Virus record (IMG/VR): IMGVR_UViG_3300037422_000160
Coordinates: 1 to 26,940 of that record
Reading direction: 5' to 3' (one strand)
DNA length: 26,940 bases
Origin: a virus
Taxonomy: Duplodnaviria; Caudoviricetes
Below the pieces are notes generated by a model, which saw only the letters and a list, made by a program, of their open reading frames with translations, was not told the origin of the DNA and did not search any database. The first letter of the stretch is position 1. Each line of letters begins with the position of its first letter. Positions 8,401-17,128 of this stretch are shown here, piece by piece. The position numbers and the translations under genes are program-made.

Positions 8401-10647
8401 CGAGCCCTCGCGCCACGGATCTTCAGCGCCGAGCGAAGACTCGTACCCTCCCATAGTCGCCCTGATGCGCTCTACTCCCGCGTCGAGGAGCATCTCCTTC
8501 GTGAGGTGCCTCGAGATCGATTCAACCAGCGCTTCCTCGATGAAACGACCGGGCTCTCTCGCGTACTCGGACGAGCGCGACGAACGCTCGTATTTAGTGA
8601 CCGAGATGTGCAGCGCTTCGTGCGTGATGACCTTGAACGCCTGGTACGTCGACCTGTCTATCACGCCAGGATCTATCGTTCGCTTCATCTGTCTGAGCGC
8701 CGACTCCATCATGTCTTTCGCGAGGCGAATCTCGCCGTCCCAGCTCGCCTGCCCGTAGAGCCCTGGCAAGTTCTTGATCACGACCTTGGTGAAGGCAGCC
8801 ATCGCGCTTCCGTCGTCGCGCGTGTCACCGCGAACCGCCTCTACGAGCTCTGCGAGATATTGCCTCGACCACTGTCTGTCGCCAGTCGACGAGTAGCGCC
8901 TGAGCTTCTTGAACGCGTCAGCGACAGCCGTCGAGCTGATCCTCGAGCTCCGCACCTTCTCAACGACGTCGACAGGAGGCTGCGCTGACTCCATCTTCCG
9001 CCGAATCCTGCGCTCGATCTCCTGAGCTTGCTGCCTGCGGCTCTCGTTGACGCTCTCGTGCACTGACGTCTCAGAGCGAAGACCTACGAGCTGCTTCACT
9101 TCTGCTTCTGTCGCGTAAGGCCTCAGCTCTTCAGCCAGCCCAGCAGCGTCGTAGTTGACAGGGGGCGTGTAGACGTGTGCGCCTTCTTTGTCTACGACTG
9201 AGTGACCCAGCTCGTCAGCGTCAGCCTTCGCTTCGTCAAGCGTGAAGAACGGCTCACCATCGACAGAGTAGGGTGCTAGCCTTCTAAGCTCGTCTATCTC
9301 TCGAGTGATCGATTTTAGCCGCTGACGAAGCGTTGCCTTGTCTGGATCGTCCTCGAGCATCTCTTCGATCTCGTCGCGCTCAGCGTGCACAGTGAGCCAT
9401 CGGTCTTTGTTGAGCGCGTCAGTGGGTTTGCGAATCTGCGTGTTCGCAGGCAGCGTCTGCGAAGGACTGCCAAGACCTAAGGTCTTGAAGTCGATATTTT
9501 CCGCTGCCTGCCACCACGAGCTGTTAGCAGCCGTGATGTAAAGCTTGGGTCCCCAGTCTGGATCGTCGAGATAGAACAGAGCGTGATTTTGAAGATCGCC
9601 TAGCTGCTCTGCGTTCTCGTTGAGCTCGCTGATGTTGGGCGTCACAGCGTTTCTGTGTTCAGTGATACCCTCGTGAATCCGCCTCTCTCGCTCGAGATCC
9701 CTGTCAGTGATTGACTGGTTCATCAAGTCGACTAGATGGCGATCCCACTTTGCTGCCCACTCGCGGTACGCGCGAAGGTACTCGATGCGAACAGGGAACG
9801 AAGCTTCGTCGGGCTTCTCGAGCCCTGCGGGCCTCGGAGGCTCTGGCGGCTCACCAGTGTTCTCTTCCAGACCGAGCTCTTTGCGAACGTCTTCCGAGAG
9901 CTTCGGGTACACGCGATCAGTCAGAGAGCCTGGGCGGTCTCCCCATCCTCGTCCGCGAAGCTGCGCGATGAGCGCCTTCGCCTGTTCAGCGTCTAGATTC
10001 GGGAGCTCGGAATCGAGCCACCTCTGAGTGATGCGCTCGGGAGCAGTGAACTCGCGCTCGGGCGTCGGTTCGGGAGGAGTGGGCTCGGGCTCTGTCTTCT
10101 CGCGCTCCGCCTTCTCCCGAGCCTTCTTGTCCCTCGCGAGCGAGAAGAGGTCCTTGGCATCCCAGACGACGTCCTGAGGGTACAGTGCATCCAACGCGTC
10201 AGCCATTTCACTGACTTGCTGCTCCTTGACAACTGCCTGACCCACCTGATCAGCAATCGGGTCTGCCTTGGTATCTCCTGTACCCCCAGCACCCTTTCCT
10301 CCTGGGCTCTCCTGTTGCTTCGTAGCCTCCTTCACGTTCTTGGCGACCGTGAAGTCGTCGACCTTGCGGCCCTCCTTGAACAGCAGCACCTGGATGTTGC
10401 CCTTGCCCGCGTCGGCGACCGCCATCGCGTCAGGGCCGGTGTGCTTCATGCGCTGGTCTATGAACGCCTTCGTCGAGCCGTCAGTCTCGCGCAACACGCT
10501 GAGGCCGCGGATGAGCTTCACCCCGGGAGGCGCGTCAGTGAAGCGGCCCGTGCGCGCATCGTGCCACGGGTTGCCCGTTCCTGTCTTTGTGGGCTTGTAG
10601 ACAGCCAGCTCGAGCGAGTCGCCGTTCTTGTGAGCGATGAGGTCCAT
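5494..10647 (-). CDS. Large polyvalent protein with zincin metallopeptidase and ADP-ribosyltransferase domains, probably virion-associated
   Basis: N-terminal GNPWHDARTGRFT; HEALH (8608-8622) plus downstream EEALVE; ART triad LYRG (about 6853-6864), SSFS (6757-6768), EETEFVILG (about 6601-6627); Pro-rich linkers; in the head operon. Confidence 0.8.
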   Translation of the reverse strand: MDLIAHKNGDSLELAVYKPTKTGTGNPWHDARTGRFTDAPPGVKLIRGLSVLRETDGSTKAFIDQRMKHTGPDAMAVADAGKGNIQVLLFKEGRKVDDFTVAKNVKEATKQQESPGGKGAGGTGDTKADPIADQVGQAVVKEQQVSEMADALDALYPQDVVWDAKDLFSLARDKKAREKAEREKTEPEPTPPEPTPEREFTAPERITQRWLDSELPNLDAEQAKALIAQLRGRGWGDRPGSLTDRVYPKLSEDVRKELGLEENTGEPPEPPRPAGLEKPDEASFPVRIEYLRAYREWAAKWDRHLVDLMNQSITDRDLERERRIHEGITEHRNAVTPNISELNENAEQLGDLQNHALFYLDDPDWGPKLYITAANSSWWQAAENIDFKTLGLGSPSQTLPANTQIRKPTDALNKDRWLTVHAERDEIEEMLEDDPDKATLRQRLKSITREIDELRRLAPYSVDGEPFFTLDEAKADADELGHSVVDKEGAHVYTPPVNYDAAGLAEELRPYATEAEVKQLVGLRSETSVHESVNESRRQQAQEIERRIRRKMESAQPPVDVVEKVRSSRISSTAVADAFKKLRRYSSTGDRQWSRQYLAELVEAVRGDTRDDGSAMAAFTKVVIKNLPGLYGQASWDGEIRLAKDMMESALRQMKRTIDPGVIDRSTYQAFKVITHEALHISVTKYERSSRSSEYAREPGRFIEEALVESISRHLTKEMLLDAGVERIRATMGGYESSLGAEDPWREGSYPVEVEWLRKAFYNPLRDRIFESNPELSEPEIRTYAMAQLRNVLDGSSSVVVRLAMMDAILRSHGHEEGLQLDATDAGTRSLVRASPELIEFQSGDTRLPVGGSVPEAPKSEIEILNDRIDELEKAFMTNQAILDRGGYDENIETLQTEIEERLNPLYLRLVELGAPRDTIATDTGRERLTGRSDAQIDDGDEIDGPALTQTTEQKLKPFDVKKPTRIKEMVAKSWQVAKDVMFEFREHEHYDPEGRTEREAAKDVVVRRLVDRLKDNEAFNKQFSVDETVDFEELAVGDLVKIGSYFEPFRVFEISGTHYVFESRDLGFLEGTPEQFEQIYGMKRVQKGGFTMRSHSLTVGDKFVMSNEVWIVDDVERADAGPLSEIKVLTISNMVTGESRKYDMPEFPDSVTVGSNVEAGMLNKYMEWRHYDDPRHAMVNGLIATWASTSADHHELALAMQKAVADEMGVTPPERFTDRVEWMDAEELYNAHGEALRAFVRAMYEETQDALAKKGIDQLLLYRGMTLPTSVARPEGSGGASLRQGEVLLQPASSFSYTYGTTKPFARDSSNRSDDGVVIAVQVPRERVLASASTGWGCLEETEFVILGGTEGDTAWISATIQDHVPEEKDFWSKVSDFLEGKKAEFGAMKLQSLPQGVKYFKLASGPGASVSMQFYLVFDGWKRGDDTVFLHVNEELSSLEDLGSFADAIDEQGYLEWFGTSPNVIPMDESRVNPFLTIAEAYGYYMARLEDGVRPGDAEALAGLVNFLRENHYDDDEIEAYMMQLGSALHTWTPEKMRDFFQSLGIGKPASGVALPILAQALDAYLEAEVDEFDMADAFNNVNSDPDYADFTPENFAEVIFDRAMEAGWEPDFALDFVEHTLGLPIPPSVKEYLEFDPGSVAAEPSVDPFEQALASMNFDRGDYEAVINFFDELAMENNGLQNVEKWEAALKKRLIELDWDEEAIKNVFDYLGFG

Positions 10648-11207
10648 CAGAACTTCCTCGCTACGCAGACAAACTCGCGTTCGCAGAAGCGCTCTTGCTC
10701 GCGGCCCACGATCAGCGCGAGCCCGGCGGGCAGCAACTCCTCGTGCGACTCGAACACGACGTGGTGCACCGAGTGCAAGTGGTCACCTGCAGGCACGATG
10801 GCGTAGTACAGTCCTCCCGGCTTCAGCGACTGGCTGATCAGCTGCAACACACGCTCTACGTCTACCATGTGCTCCAAGCTGTGATGAGCGAAGACGTTGT
10901 CCACAGCGTTCTCAGTAAGATAGTTCACAGCGTCTGTCTCGTGCGTCGTAGCCAGCTCGCTGATGTGTCCCAGCTTGGTGCCGTTCACGTCCACAGCGTG
11001 CACGTCGAATCCGAGCCCGACGAGCTCTCTCGTAGCAGCCCCGTCGCCCGAGCCGAGATCGCAAACAGTGCCCGGACCCGGACCCATGTCGGCGAAGTCT
11101 CGAGCAGCCTGAACGCTGGCCTGCTCGAAGCGCGAGCCCACCTCGAAGCACCACGCCTCCAGGTTCTGGAGAACGCTCTCTTCCGGGCTGATGTTGGCCT
11201 TGATCAC
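10647..11207 (-). CDS. Class I SAM-dependent methyltransferase
   Basis: VCDLGSGDG, AVD, HHSLEH, LKPGG. Start reassigned to GTG 11207 (GTGA overlap). Confidence 0.85.
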   Translation of the reverse strand: MIKANISPEESVLQNLEAWCFEVGSRFEQASVQAARDFADMGPGPGTVCDLGSGDGAATRELVGLGFDVHAVDVNGTKLGHISELATTHETDAVNYLTENAVDNVFAHHSLEHMVDVERVLQLISQSLKPGGLYYAIVPAGDHLHSVHHVVFESHEELLPAGLALIVGREQERFCEREFVCVARKF

Positions 11208-11938
11208 CTGTCCGTGACCATCGTTGCCTCTCCGTACTCGCTGAGCAGGCGACCCAGCACCGACAGCGGCATCCACGTGATGTGAGGATAGCTGCGACCC
11301 CACGAGTTCAAGAAGGGAACAGCCTGCAGCGAGTCACAAAGCGGAGTGTCGAGCATCTTGAGGATCTCGTCGACTGTCGTCGCCCAGCGATTACGCGCGA
11401 TGCCCTCTGTCAGCGCGGGCTTCTCTTGCGCCCGCTGGACGTGGTTCCTGCCAGCGTACGCAGACCTCCACGGGACGTGACCCGACTTCCTCAGCACGTC
11501 CATGCCAGCGCTGACTGACGTGCCCTCGTCATCGCCAGGGTTCGTGTCTGACCACGGGTCGACCTGCTTCGCGCGATCCCACAGCCAGCGAGCGTCAAAC
11601 CGCTTGCGGTTGAGCAGCGACATCATCCGCGAGGAACCGAAGCCCACGCACGCGCCCTCGGAGCCCTGGTCGTAGAAGTTCCACCACGACTCGATGTCCG
11701 GCCTCTTGCCGGGCTTGAGGCACACGCAGTGACCTCCTCGAATACCCGTCAGCTTGCCGTTCTTGGCGACCCACCATCGACCGTTGACATCACGAGCAGG
11801 CTTGTCGAACTCCGTGTACCAGTTGACGCCGATCGTGACTGGCACGTTGACGGGCTGGTCAGCAGTTGCGAGCTGCCTCAGAGGGTACTTCTCGACGTGC
11901 TTCCAGTCGAGAGGCACGCGTCGTCCTAGCTCACCCAT
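11204..11938 (-). CDS. Papain-like (C1) cysteine peptidase with rearranged motifs
   Basis: DQGSEGACVGF (Q91, C97), GTSVSAG, NSWG (N211); GGHCV (H70) lies before the Cys. Confidence 0.8.
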   Translation of the reverse strand: MGELGRRVPLDWKHVEKYPLRQLATADQPVNVPVTIGVNWYTEFDKPARDVNGRWWVAKNGKLTGIRGGHCVCLKPGKRPDIESWWNFYDQGSEGACVGFGSSRMMSLLNRKRFDARWLWDRAKQVDPWSDTNPGDDEGTSVSAGMDVLRKSGHVPWRSAYAGRNHVQRAQEKPALTEGIARNRWATTVDEILKMLDTPLCDSLQAVPFLNSWGRSYPHITWMPLSVLGRLLSEYGEATMVTDR

Positions 11939-14354
11939 CGTCGCCTCCCTTGCACAGCTCGTCGCCGAGCTTCAGCAGGATCTCCTGGCGCTCCTCCGCG
12001 CCGAGCCCTTCCGCCATGTACAGCGTGCCTGTCGACTCCTCCCAGTAGCTGATCGCGCCCTCTTCGGGTAGTTCAGCCTGAGGCACGACCTGCGCGCTGA
12101 AGTTTCCTGGCCACACTGGTCTCCAGCCAAGAGTCCCATTGGGGTGCTCGTCCTCCTGCATCGCGTCGTTGAGTGTGAAAATCTGACCGTTGCGGGCTAG
12201 GCACTCAGCATCCGTCTCTCCCGTGATGCCGCCTCCGCCGTCGTACGCCTGCACCATCTGCACGTTCGCCGACTTGTAGCCCAGCAGAGTGGCTGCGTTG
12301 TACGCGTCACGGATCTCCGTCCTAGCGATGCGGTCAGCCTTCCAGTCCGGGAACTGGCTGAAGTGAGCGCGGATGTCCTTCGCAATGTCGACCGGATCCT
12401 TCTCCTCCTTTAGCCTGTCCGTGAGGAAGTCGCGCATCTCTTGGCGAACTGTGCTGGCGACCTTGCGGATGAGGAACGCTCCGCGCTTGGCCATCCAGTC
12501 CCGAACGTCCTGGTTGTCCATGCTGAAGTTGAACTGGGTGAGCCCGAAGCTCTGCAACTCGCGACCTGCTGCCCTTTGCATCACCCGGTAGAACGCGCCT
12601 TCCATCGCGTCCTTTGCGCCAGCCAAGCTATAGCGCCATCTCGCAACCAGTGTCTTGCCGGGATTAGTCGCTAGCATAATGGCGTCCTCCGAGAGAAGCA
12701 GCGGAGGCAAGCCTCGCTCGACGTAGTCTGCGAAGTGGGCGTACATCCGCCTCAGCTCGTCCTGCCACAGAGCGCGAATGAAGTCTGCTTCACGCATGAT
12801 CTCCGGGTCGCTGTACTGTCGAGTCTTCGGGAGCTCCGAGAGCCAGATGACTTCCTGCGGCGTCTCGTAGAGGCCCTGCTCGTTGACCGGAGCACCTTCA
12901 CCGATGTCTTCCTGCGACGTGGGAGGCGGCAAGGTCTCCTGCGCGATTCGAGCTGCTTCCTCGAGCTGGCGCTGGACCTCTTCAAACGTCTTGCGAGGAA
13001 CACCCAGCCTGTCTAGGATCGCCGGGATGTCAGCGTTGAGCTCCTGCGGGCTGACCTGCCCGACGAGCCGCACGATCTCGCGCATCGTCTCGATGTCTTC
13101 CTGGTCGAAGCCCTTAGCCACCAGCTCTGCCCGCGGAGCGTCAGCGCCGAAGTTGAGATCCTTCAGCTGCGGGATCACGTAGCGATTCACCTGGTCGGTG
13201 ATCTCAGCCATCTTCACCGACATCGACTCCTGGAACGCTGCGCCGAACGTGGCTGCGACGTTGCGGGAAGACGTGCCTCCCTTGCCCTCGATCAGCGCCT
13301 GCTCGGGCACCATCAGCGCTCGGAGCTTCTGAACGTCCAAGTACTCGAACGCCTGGTTCAGGGCGTCGAACTTCGGGTCGCCCTCCAGAGGCTTGATCTC
13401 CCACTCGCGCATGTTCGACGAGCGGTCGTCGAGGCCCATCACCATCGAGTTCGGGACCGCGACCGTGTCGCCCGACCTAGCTGACGTGCCGATGTCGAGC
13501 GCCTTGTCCTGGTAGTCGACAGGCTGCCCTGTCTCCGGATCGATGCCAGACTGCGGGTGGTAGACGAGAAGAGCGGGATCCGCGAAGCGCTCGAACGCCC
13601 TGTCCGAGAGGGCGAACTTGTACCAGTACGACCACCAGAAGCGATAAGCGTAGCCGGTGCGCGGGTAGCCCCAGATGCTGCCGAAGACCGAGTCCTTCTC
13701 GTTCGTCGCCCACAGCGCGTAGTCGAGTGGAACGTCGGCGGGCAAGCCGCTGACCTTGGGCGTCGGGCCCTTGATATCACGATAGTTGATGCCGGCGAAC
13801 TCGCCAGCCTTGTTCCACGCGGGCTCAGACTTCCGCGGATCGAGCGGGAAGAACGGCTTCCACACGATCGCGTCGATGTCCTTGTCCCACGCCTTCTTCT
13901 CTTCGGGCTTGCCACCCGTCTTGTCGATGTACATTGTCTCGGGCCGATCGTACGTGAAACGTTTGACGACCGGCGAGAAGCCGTAGTCCATGTCGTTGCA
14001 GAGGGACAACACGAGCCTGCCCCACACCTTCCGAAGCTCTGCATCGATGAACGCAGCGATGTCCGCGCGCTCGCACTTGATGACCCACTGCGATCGCACG
14101 AGCGGCACCTTGCAGAACATCAACCCGAACGCGATCATCGGGTCTCTGCGCATCTGCTCGAGCTTGCTCAGCGGGATGTTGGTGTTGTCGAAGGGCTGAC
14201 CCAGCGTCGTGCTGAGCGCGTCCCACGCTACCCATCGCGAAGAAGCTGCCTTCGTCGTGGGAGCCTTATCCCGTGACGTCAGCCTGCTCTTCACTTCGTT
14301 GCTGACCGCGCCGTTGTCCGCGGCCAGATCGAGATGTCCCTCTTCTGCCTTCAT
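11931..14354 (-). CDS. Portal protein fused to a MuF (SPP1 gp7-like) head morphogenesis domain
   Basis: Directly after TerL. DUF935/Mu gp29-like portal motifs (MRRDPMI, DYGFS, ERFADP, NRYVIPQLKDLNFG); C-terminal ADRIARTE...D...C...NGQIF...HPNG MuF signature. Confidence 0.85.
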   Translation of the reverse strand: MKAEEGHLDLAADNGAVSNEVKSRLTSRDKAPTTKAASSRWVAWDALSTTLGQPFDNTNIPLSKLEQMRRDPMIAFGLMFCKVPLVRSQWVIKCERADIAAFIDAELRKVWGRLVLSLCNDMDYGFSPVVKRFTYDRPETMYIDKTGGKPEEKKAWDKDIDAIVWKPFFPLDPRKSEPAWNKAGEFAGINYRDIKGPTPKVSGLPADVPLDYALWATNEKDSVFGSIWGYPRTGYAYRFWWSYWYKFALSDRAFERFADPALLVYHPQSGIDPETGQPVDYQDKALDIGTSARSGDTVAVPNSMVMGLDDRSSNMREWEIKPLEGDPKFDALNQAFEYLDVQKLRALMVPEQALIEGKGGTSSRNVAATFGAAFQESMSVKMAEITDQVNRYVIPQLKDLNFGADAPRAELVAKGFDQEDIETMREIVRLVGQVSPQELNADIPAILDRLGVPRKTFEEVQRQLEEAARIAQETLPPPTSQEDIGEGAPVNEQGLYETPQEVIWLSELPKTRQYSDPEIMREADFIRALWQDELRRMYAHFADYVERGLPPLLLSEDAIMLATNPGKTLVARWRYSLAGAKDAMEGAFYRVMQRAAGRELQSFGLTQFNFSMDNQDVRDWMAKRGAFLIRKVASTVRQEMRDFLTDRLKEEKDPVDIAKDIRAHFSQFPDWKADRIARTEIRDAYNAATLLGYKSANVQMVQAYDGGGGITGETDAECLARNGQIFTLNDAMQEDEHPNGTLGWRPVWPGNFSAQVVPQAELPEEGAISYWEESTGTLYMAEGLGAEERQEILLKLGDELCKGGDDG

Positions 14355-14361
14355 CGCTCTC

Positions 14362-16182
14362 CTAGGGCTCGAATCTCTGTCGATCTCGCGGTCGGCTGGC
14401 CGGACCGAGAACGTACTGCCCCGGAGCCTTGTTCACGATCACGCGCTTCTGCTGGTTGAGGATCTCGACTGTCCCGTGTACGTTCCCAGCCGCCCGAGGC
14501 ATCCTGCCCTGCCTGCGCTGCGCCTTCATCAGCTGGTAAATGTTCGCCACAGCGTAGCGAAAGTTCGCCATGCAGTGGTCGAAGTCGTTGACGGGAATCT
14601 CGGGATCGTCCACTGACGCCGAGCGCTTAGCGGGATAGTGCCACGCTTCGATCTCGTCGCAGAACATCGGGCAGCGCCCGACGTCGACAGCGAAGATCCC
14701 GTCTTCGAAGAGTTCCTTGACCTTCTTGATGTGCTCCTTCACGTCGCGAGTGGCGACGAACGTCGTGTACAGCGGAGGACTGTAATCGGCGAACTCCGAG
14801 CGCTGCGACCTGCCCTGCGGATCGCAGAACCTCCGCGAGACGTGCCACGTGCTTCCCAGCTGTCGCTTCCACATCGCCTCGCGATCGACGATCATGCTAG
14901 CCATCTTGGTGTTGCTGATCTCGGCCACGTAGATCTCGTCGAAGCAGACGAGCGTCCCCTCCTTGAGCTTCTTGTTCGCTGCGCCAGAGTTGTAGAAGCC
15001 GAGCACGTCGACGTCGTAGCGAAGCATCTGGTACCAGTTGACAGCGAACGGGTTGGTTCCGCCCCAGTCGATCGACATGAAGATCGGCCCGTTCTCTTGC
15101 TCTGGCACGAAACCTCTCACTCCCTGCTTCTCGCGAGTGAAGCTGGGAATCACGAGCCCCTCAGTCGACGGGCGTGAGCACTCCTGTTGTGCCTCCCAGA
15201 CGGATTGCGGGTTCGTTCTAAACGCCTTGTGGATGTCGTACAGGGGGATCCACCCGTCAGAGCGCGCGAGCCTGCCCTTGCAGACAGTGTCGAACGTCCT
15301 CGGCGTCCCGTCATCCCACTCGCCCTTGAGCACGCGATCGCAGCCGCATCCCTTGGCTCCGTTGAGGTTCGGGTTCGCCACGATGCAGTTGTCGACGCGA
15401 GCTGCAGTCTCGAACACGCACCACGCGTAGAGCTTGTACGGCGGATCCAGCCCCTGCCTCTCGGCCTCGTGACACTCGTCGATGAGCTTTTGCATCATGC
15501 CATGAGCGCCCTTGCGGGTCGACGTGATGAAGTCCTGCGCCATCACGCCGTCCTTCGACTGCGACATGTTGCGCGACTCGTAGAACACGACCGGGTCTGC
15601 GAGCTCCACCTCGTCGAAGTGCACCTTCTGCGGATGAGGACCGTTCACGGCGTTCTTGGTGCCGCCTAGGACTTCCAGCCTGCTGCCGTTCCTCCATCGC
15701 GTCTGGAGCATGATCGAGTCTTCGATGTCTGGGTTCTCGTGAGCCTGCACCTTGCCAGCCTCAACAGCGAGGAGCTTCAGCACGTGATTGTACGCTCGGC
15801 GAGCCTGCGCCTCGATCGCGCCGACCGACGCCATCTCGACGCCGGGCCTGAACTTGCCGTTTAGCACGTGGATGATGGCGCACATGAACGTCTTCGCTCC
15901 GCCGCGGTTCGCCATAGCGATCGACGCGAGAGTGCGCTCGAAGTACACGTCCGAGAGGAAGTCGAACGGAGCGCAGTGATCAGCACACACTGCAATGCGC
16001 GGGACGTCGACCTTGAGGTGATCGTGAATCCAATCATGGAGCTCGTCGTCTGTACGCGGACCCGCAAGGTGGACTCGCTTCTCGAGAGCAGACGCCATCT
16101 TGGCCAGCTCGAGAAGTTCCTGAGGGCTCAGCGCGTCGAGCGCTTCGACCATCGCGTCGAGCTCAAGCTGCTGGGAGCTCAC
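14362..16182 (-). CDS. terL: Terminase large subunit
   Basis: Walker A-like NRGGAKT, Walker B VHFDEVE, coupling motif TST, nuclease SIDWG, CDP, DHCMANFRY. Start set to GTG 16182 (RBS GAGGAG); the track gives 16194. Confidence 0.9.
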   Translation of the reverse strand: MSSQQLELDAMVEALDALSPQELLELAKMASALEKRVHLAGPRTDDELHDWIHDHLKVDVPRIAVCADHCAPFDFLSDVYFERTLASIAMANRGGAKTFMCAIIHVLNGKFRPGVEMASVGAIEAQARRAYNHVLKLLAVEAGKVQAHENPDIEDSIMLQTRWRNGSRLEVLGGTKNAVNGPHPQKVHFDEVELADPVVFYESRNMSQSKDGVMAQDFITSTRKGAHGMMQKLIDECHEAERQGLDPPYKLYAWCVFETAARVDNCIVANPNLNGAKGCGCDRVLKGEWDDGTPRTFDTVCKGRLARSDGWIPLYDIHKAFRTNPQSVWEAQQECSRPSTEGLVIPSFTREKQGVRGFVPEQENGPIFMSIDWGGTNPFAVNWYQMLRYDVDVLGFYNSGAANKKLKEGTLVCFDEIYVAEISNTKMASMIVDREAMWKRQLGSTWHVSRRFCDPQGRSQRSEFADYSPPLYTTFVATRDVKEHIKKVKELFEDGIFAVDVGRCPMFCDEIEAWHYPAKRSASVDDPEIPVNDFDHCMANFRYAVANIYQLMKAQRRQGRMPRAAGNVHGTVEILNQQKRVIVNKAPGQYVLGPASRPRDRQRFEP

Positions 16183-16597
16183 GCTGCTCCTCACGCACTA
16201 CCTCTGCTTCGATGACGGGCAGCGCGCCCGCGTCCTGAAGTCTCAACAGCCTTTCTGCAAGCTCCTTCTGAAGCTGCTCGCGCTGGAGGCCCTCGAAGAC
16301 GACTTCCTCCTTGAGCTGCAGCGCGTCCTCCTTCTGCTCGATCTCGAGCCACGTCTTCGCAGCCTGCACACGCACGGTAGGCGGCTGTCCCGGCTGCAGC
16401 GCGTCCTTCAGGGAAGCGATCATCAGCTTCGCGTTCTCAGTCTCCTTCGCAGCCTCCGCGACGATCTGCGCCGCTCGAGCCTTGCGAGGCCTGCCGCTTC
16501 CAGGCTGGGGTCCGCCGAACCTTCCTTCAGCGTGAAGCCGCCTAGCGAGATCGCTGCGCCTTTGCCGCTCTTCTTGACTCAGTTCGCGTCTAGCCAT
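16163..16597 (-). CDS. Probable terminase small subunit
   Basis: Immediately upstream of TerL; GGPQPGSGRPRK motif followed by helices. ATG 16597 with a purine-rich RBS (track start 16612). Confidence 0.65.
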   Translation of the reverse strand: MARRELSQEERQRRSDLARRLHAEGRFGGPQPGSGRPRKARAAQIVAEAAKETENAKLMIASLKDALQPGQPPTVRVQAAKTWLEIEQKEDALQLKEEVVFEGLQREQLQKELAERLLRLQDAGALPVIEAEVVREEQRELPAA

Positions 16598-16844
16598 CCT
16601 CTTCCTCGTCACCGAAACCTGACCACAGGCCCTCCATCACGCCTCGAATGCCTCGTCTGCCCACAAAGAGACTCACGCTGACGAGCACAGTCGCCGTAAA
16701 CGCGCCTGTCGCTGCGTTCATCGCGATTCCGATCGCTCCTGCACCCCCACAAGAGCAGCGTCGCAACTGACCCTGACGCTGTCGCGAGCGACGCGTTCGG
16801 ATGCTTTTGACAGTTCGCCTAGGAGAGCCAGAATCGATCTTCAT
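16590..16844 (-). CDS. Hypothetical protein with basic N-terminus and hydrophobic segment
   Basis: RBS GGAGG; stop overlaps the next gene. Confidence 0.5.
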   Translation of the reverse strand: MKIDSGSPRRTVKSIRTRRSRQRQGQLRRCSCGGAGAIGIAMNAATGAFTATVLVSVSLFVGRRGIRGVMEGLWSGFGDEEEDG

Positions 16845-16861
16845 GCCTACTTATCCTCCCT

Positions 16862-17128
16862 CTAGCTCCCAGACCTGCCGTGCGACCGCTGCCACGCGTC
16901 GAAGTCAGCCCACTCGCTCGCGTTGACCTTGTGGTCGCCACGATCGGACTGGTACGAGAGCTCGCAGTTCGCGCGGCTGAGCTCTTCCGCGAGGTTCAAC
17001 AACGCTTGTGTGCCCTCAGCGTCGGAGAGCAATTTCAGCCGGAGCGTCTGGACGCTCTTGTCGACGAGTTCAGGCCGCGGAGCGTACGGCGGCTTTGTCG
17101 TGCTCGGACCAGTCCCAGAACTTGTCAT
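16862..17128 (-). CDS. Hypothetical protein
   Basis: Purine-rich RBS; fills the minus-strand gene chain. Confidence 0.55.
   Translation of the reverse strand: MTSSGTGPSTTKPPYAPRPELVDKSVQTLRLKLLSDAEGTQALLNLAEELSRANCELSYQSDRGDHKVNASEWADFDAWQRSHGRSGS

Noticed and set aside
11208-11303. N-terminal extensions given in the ORF track (also for ruvC, 19747-20652, 20520-21143, 22665-22916 and 736-1065)
   Set aside because: They overlap upstream genes; internal starts at stop/start overlaps fit better.
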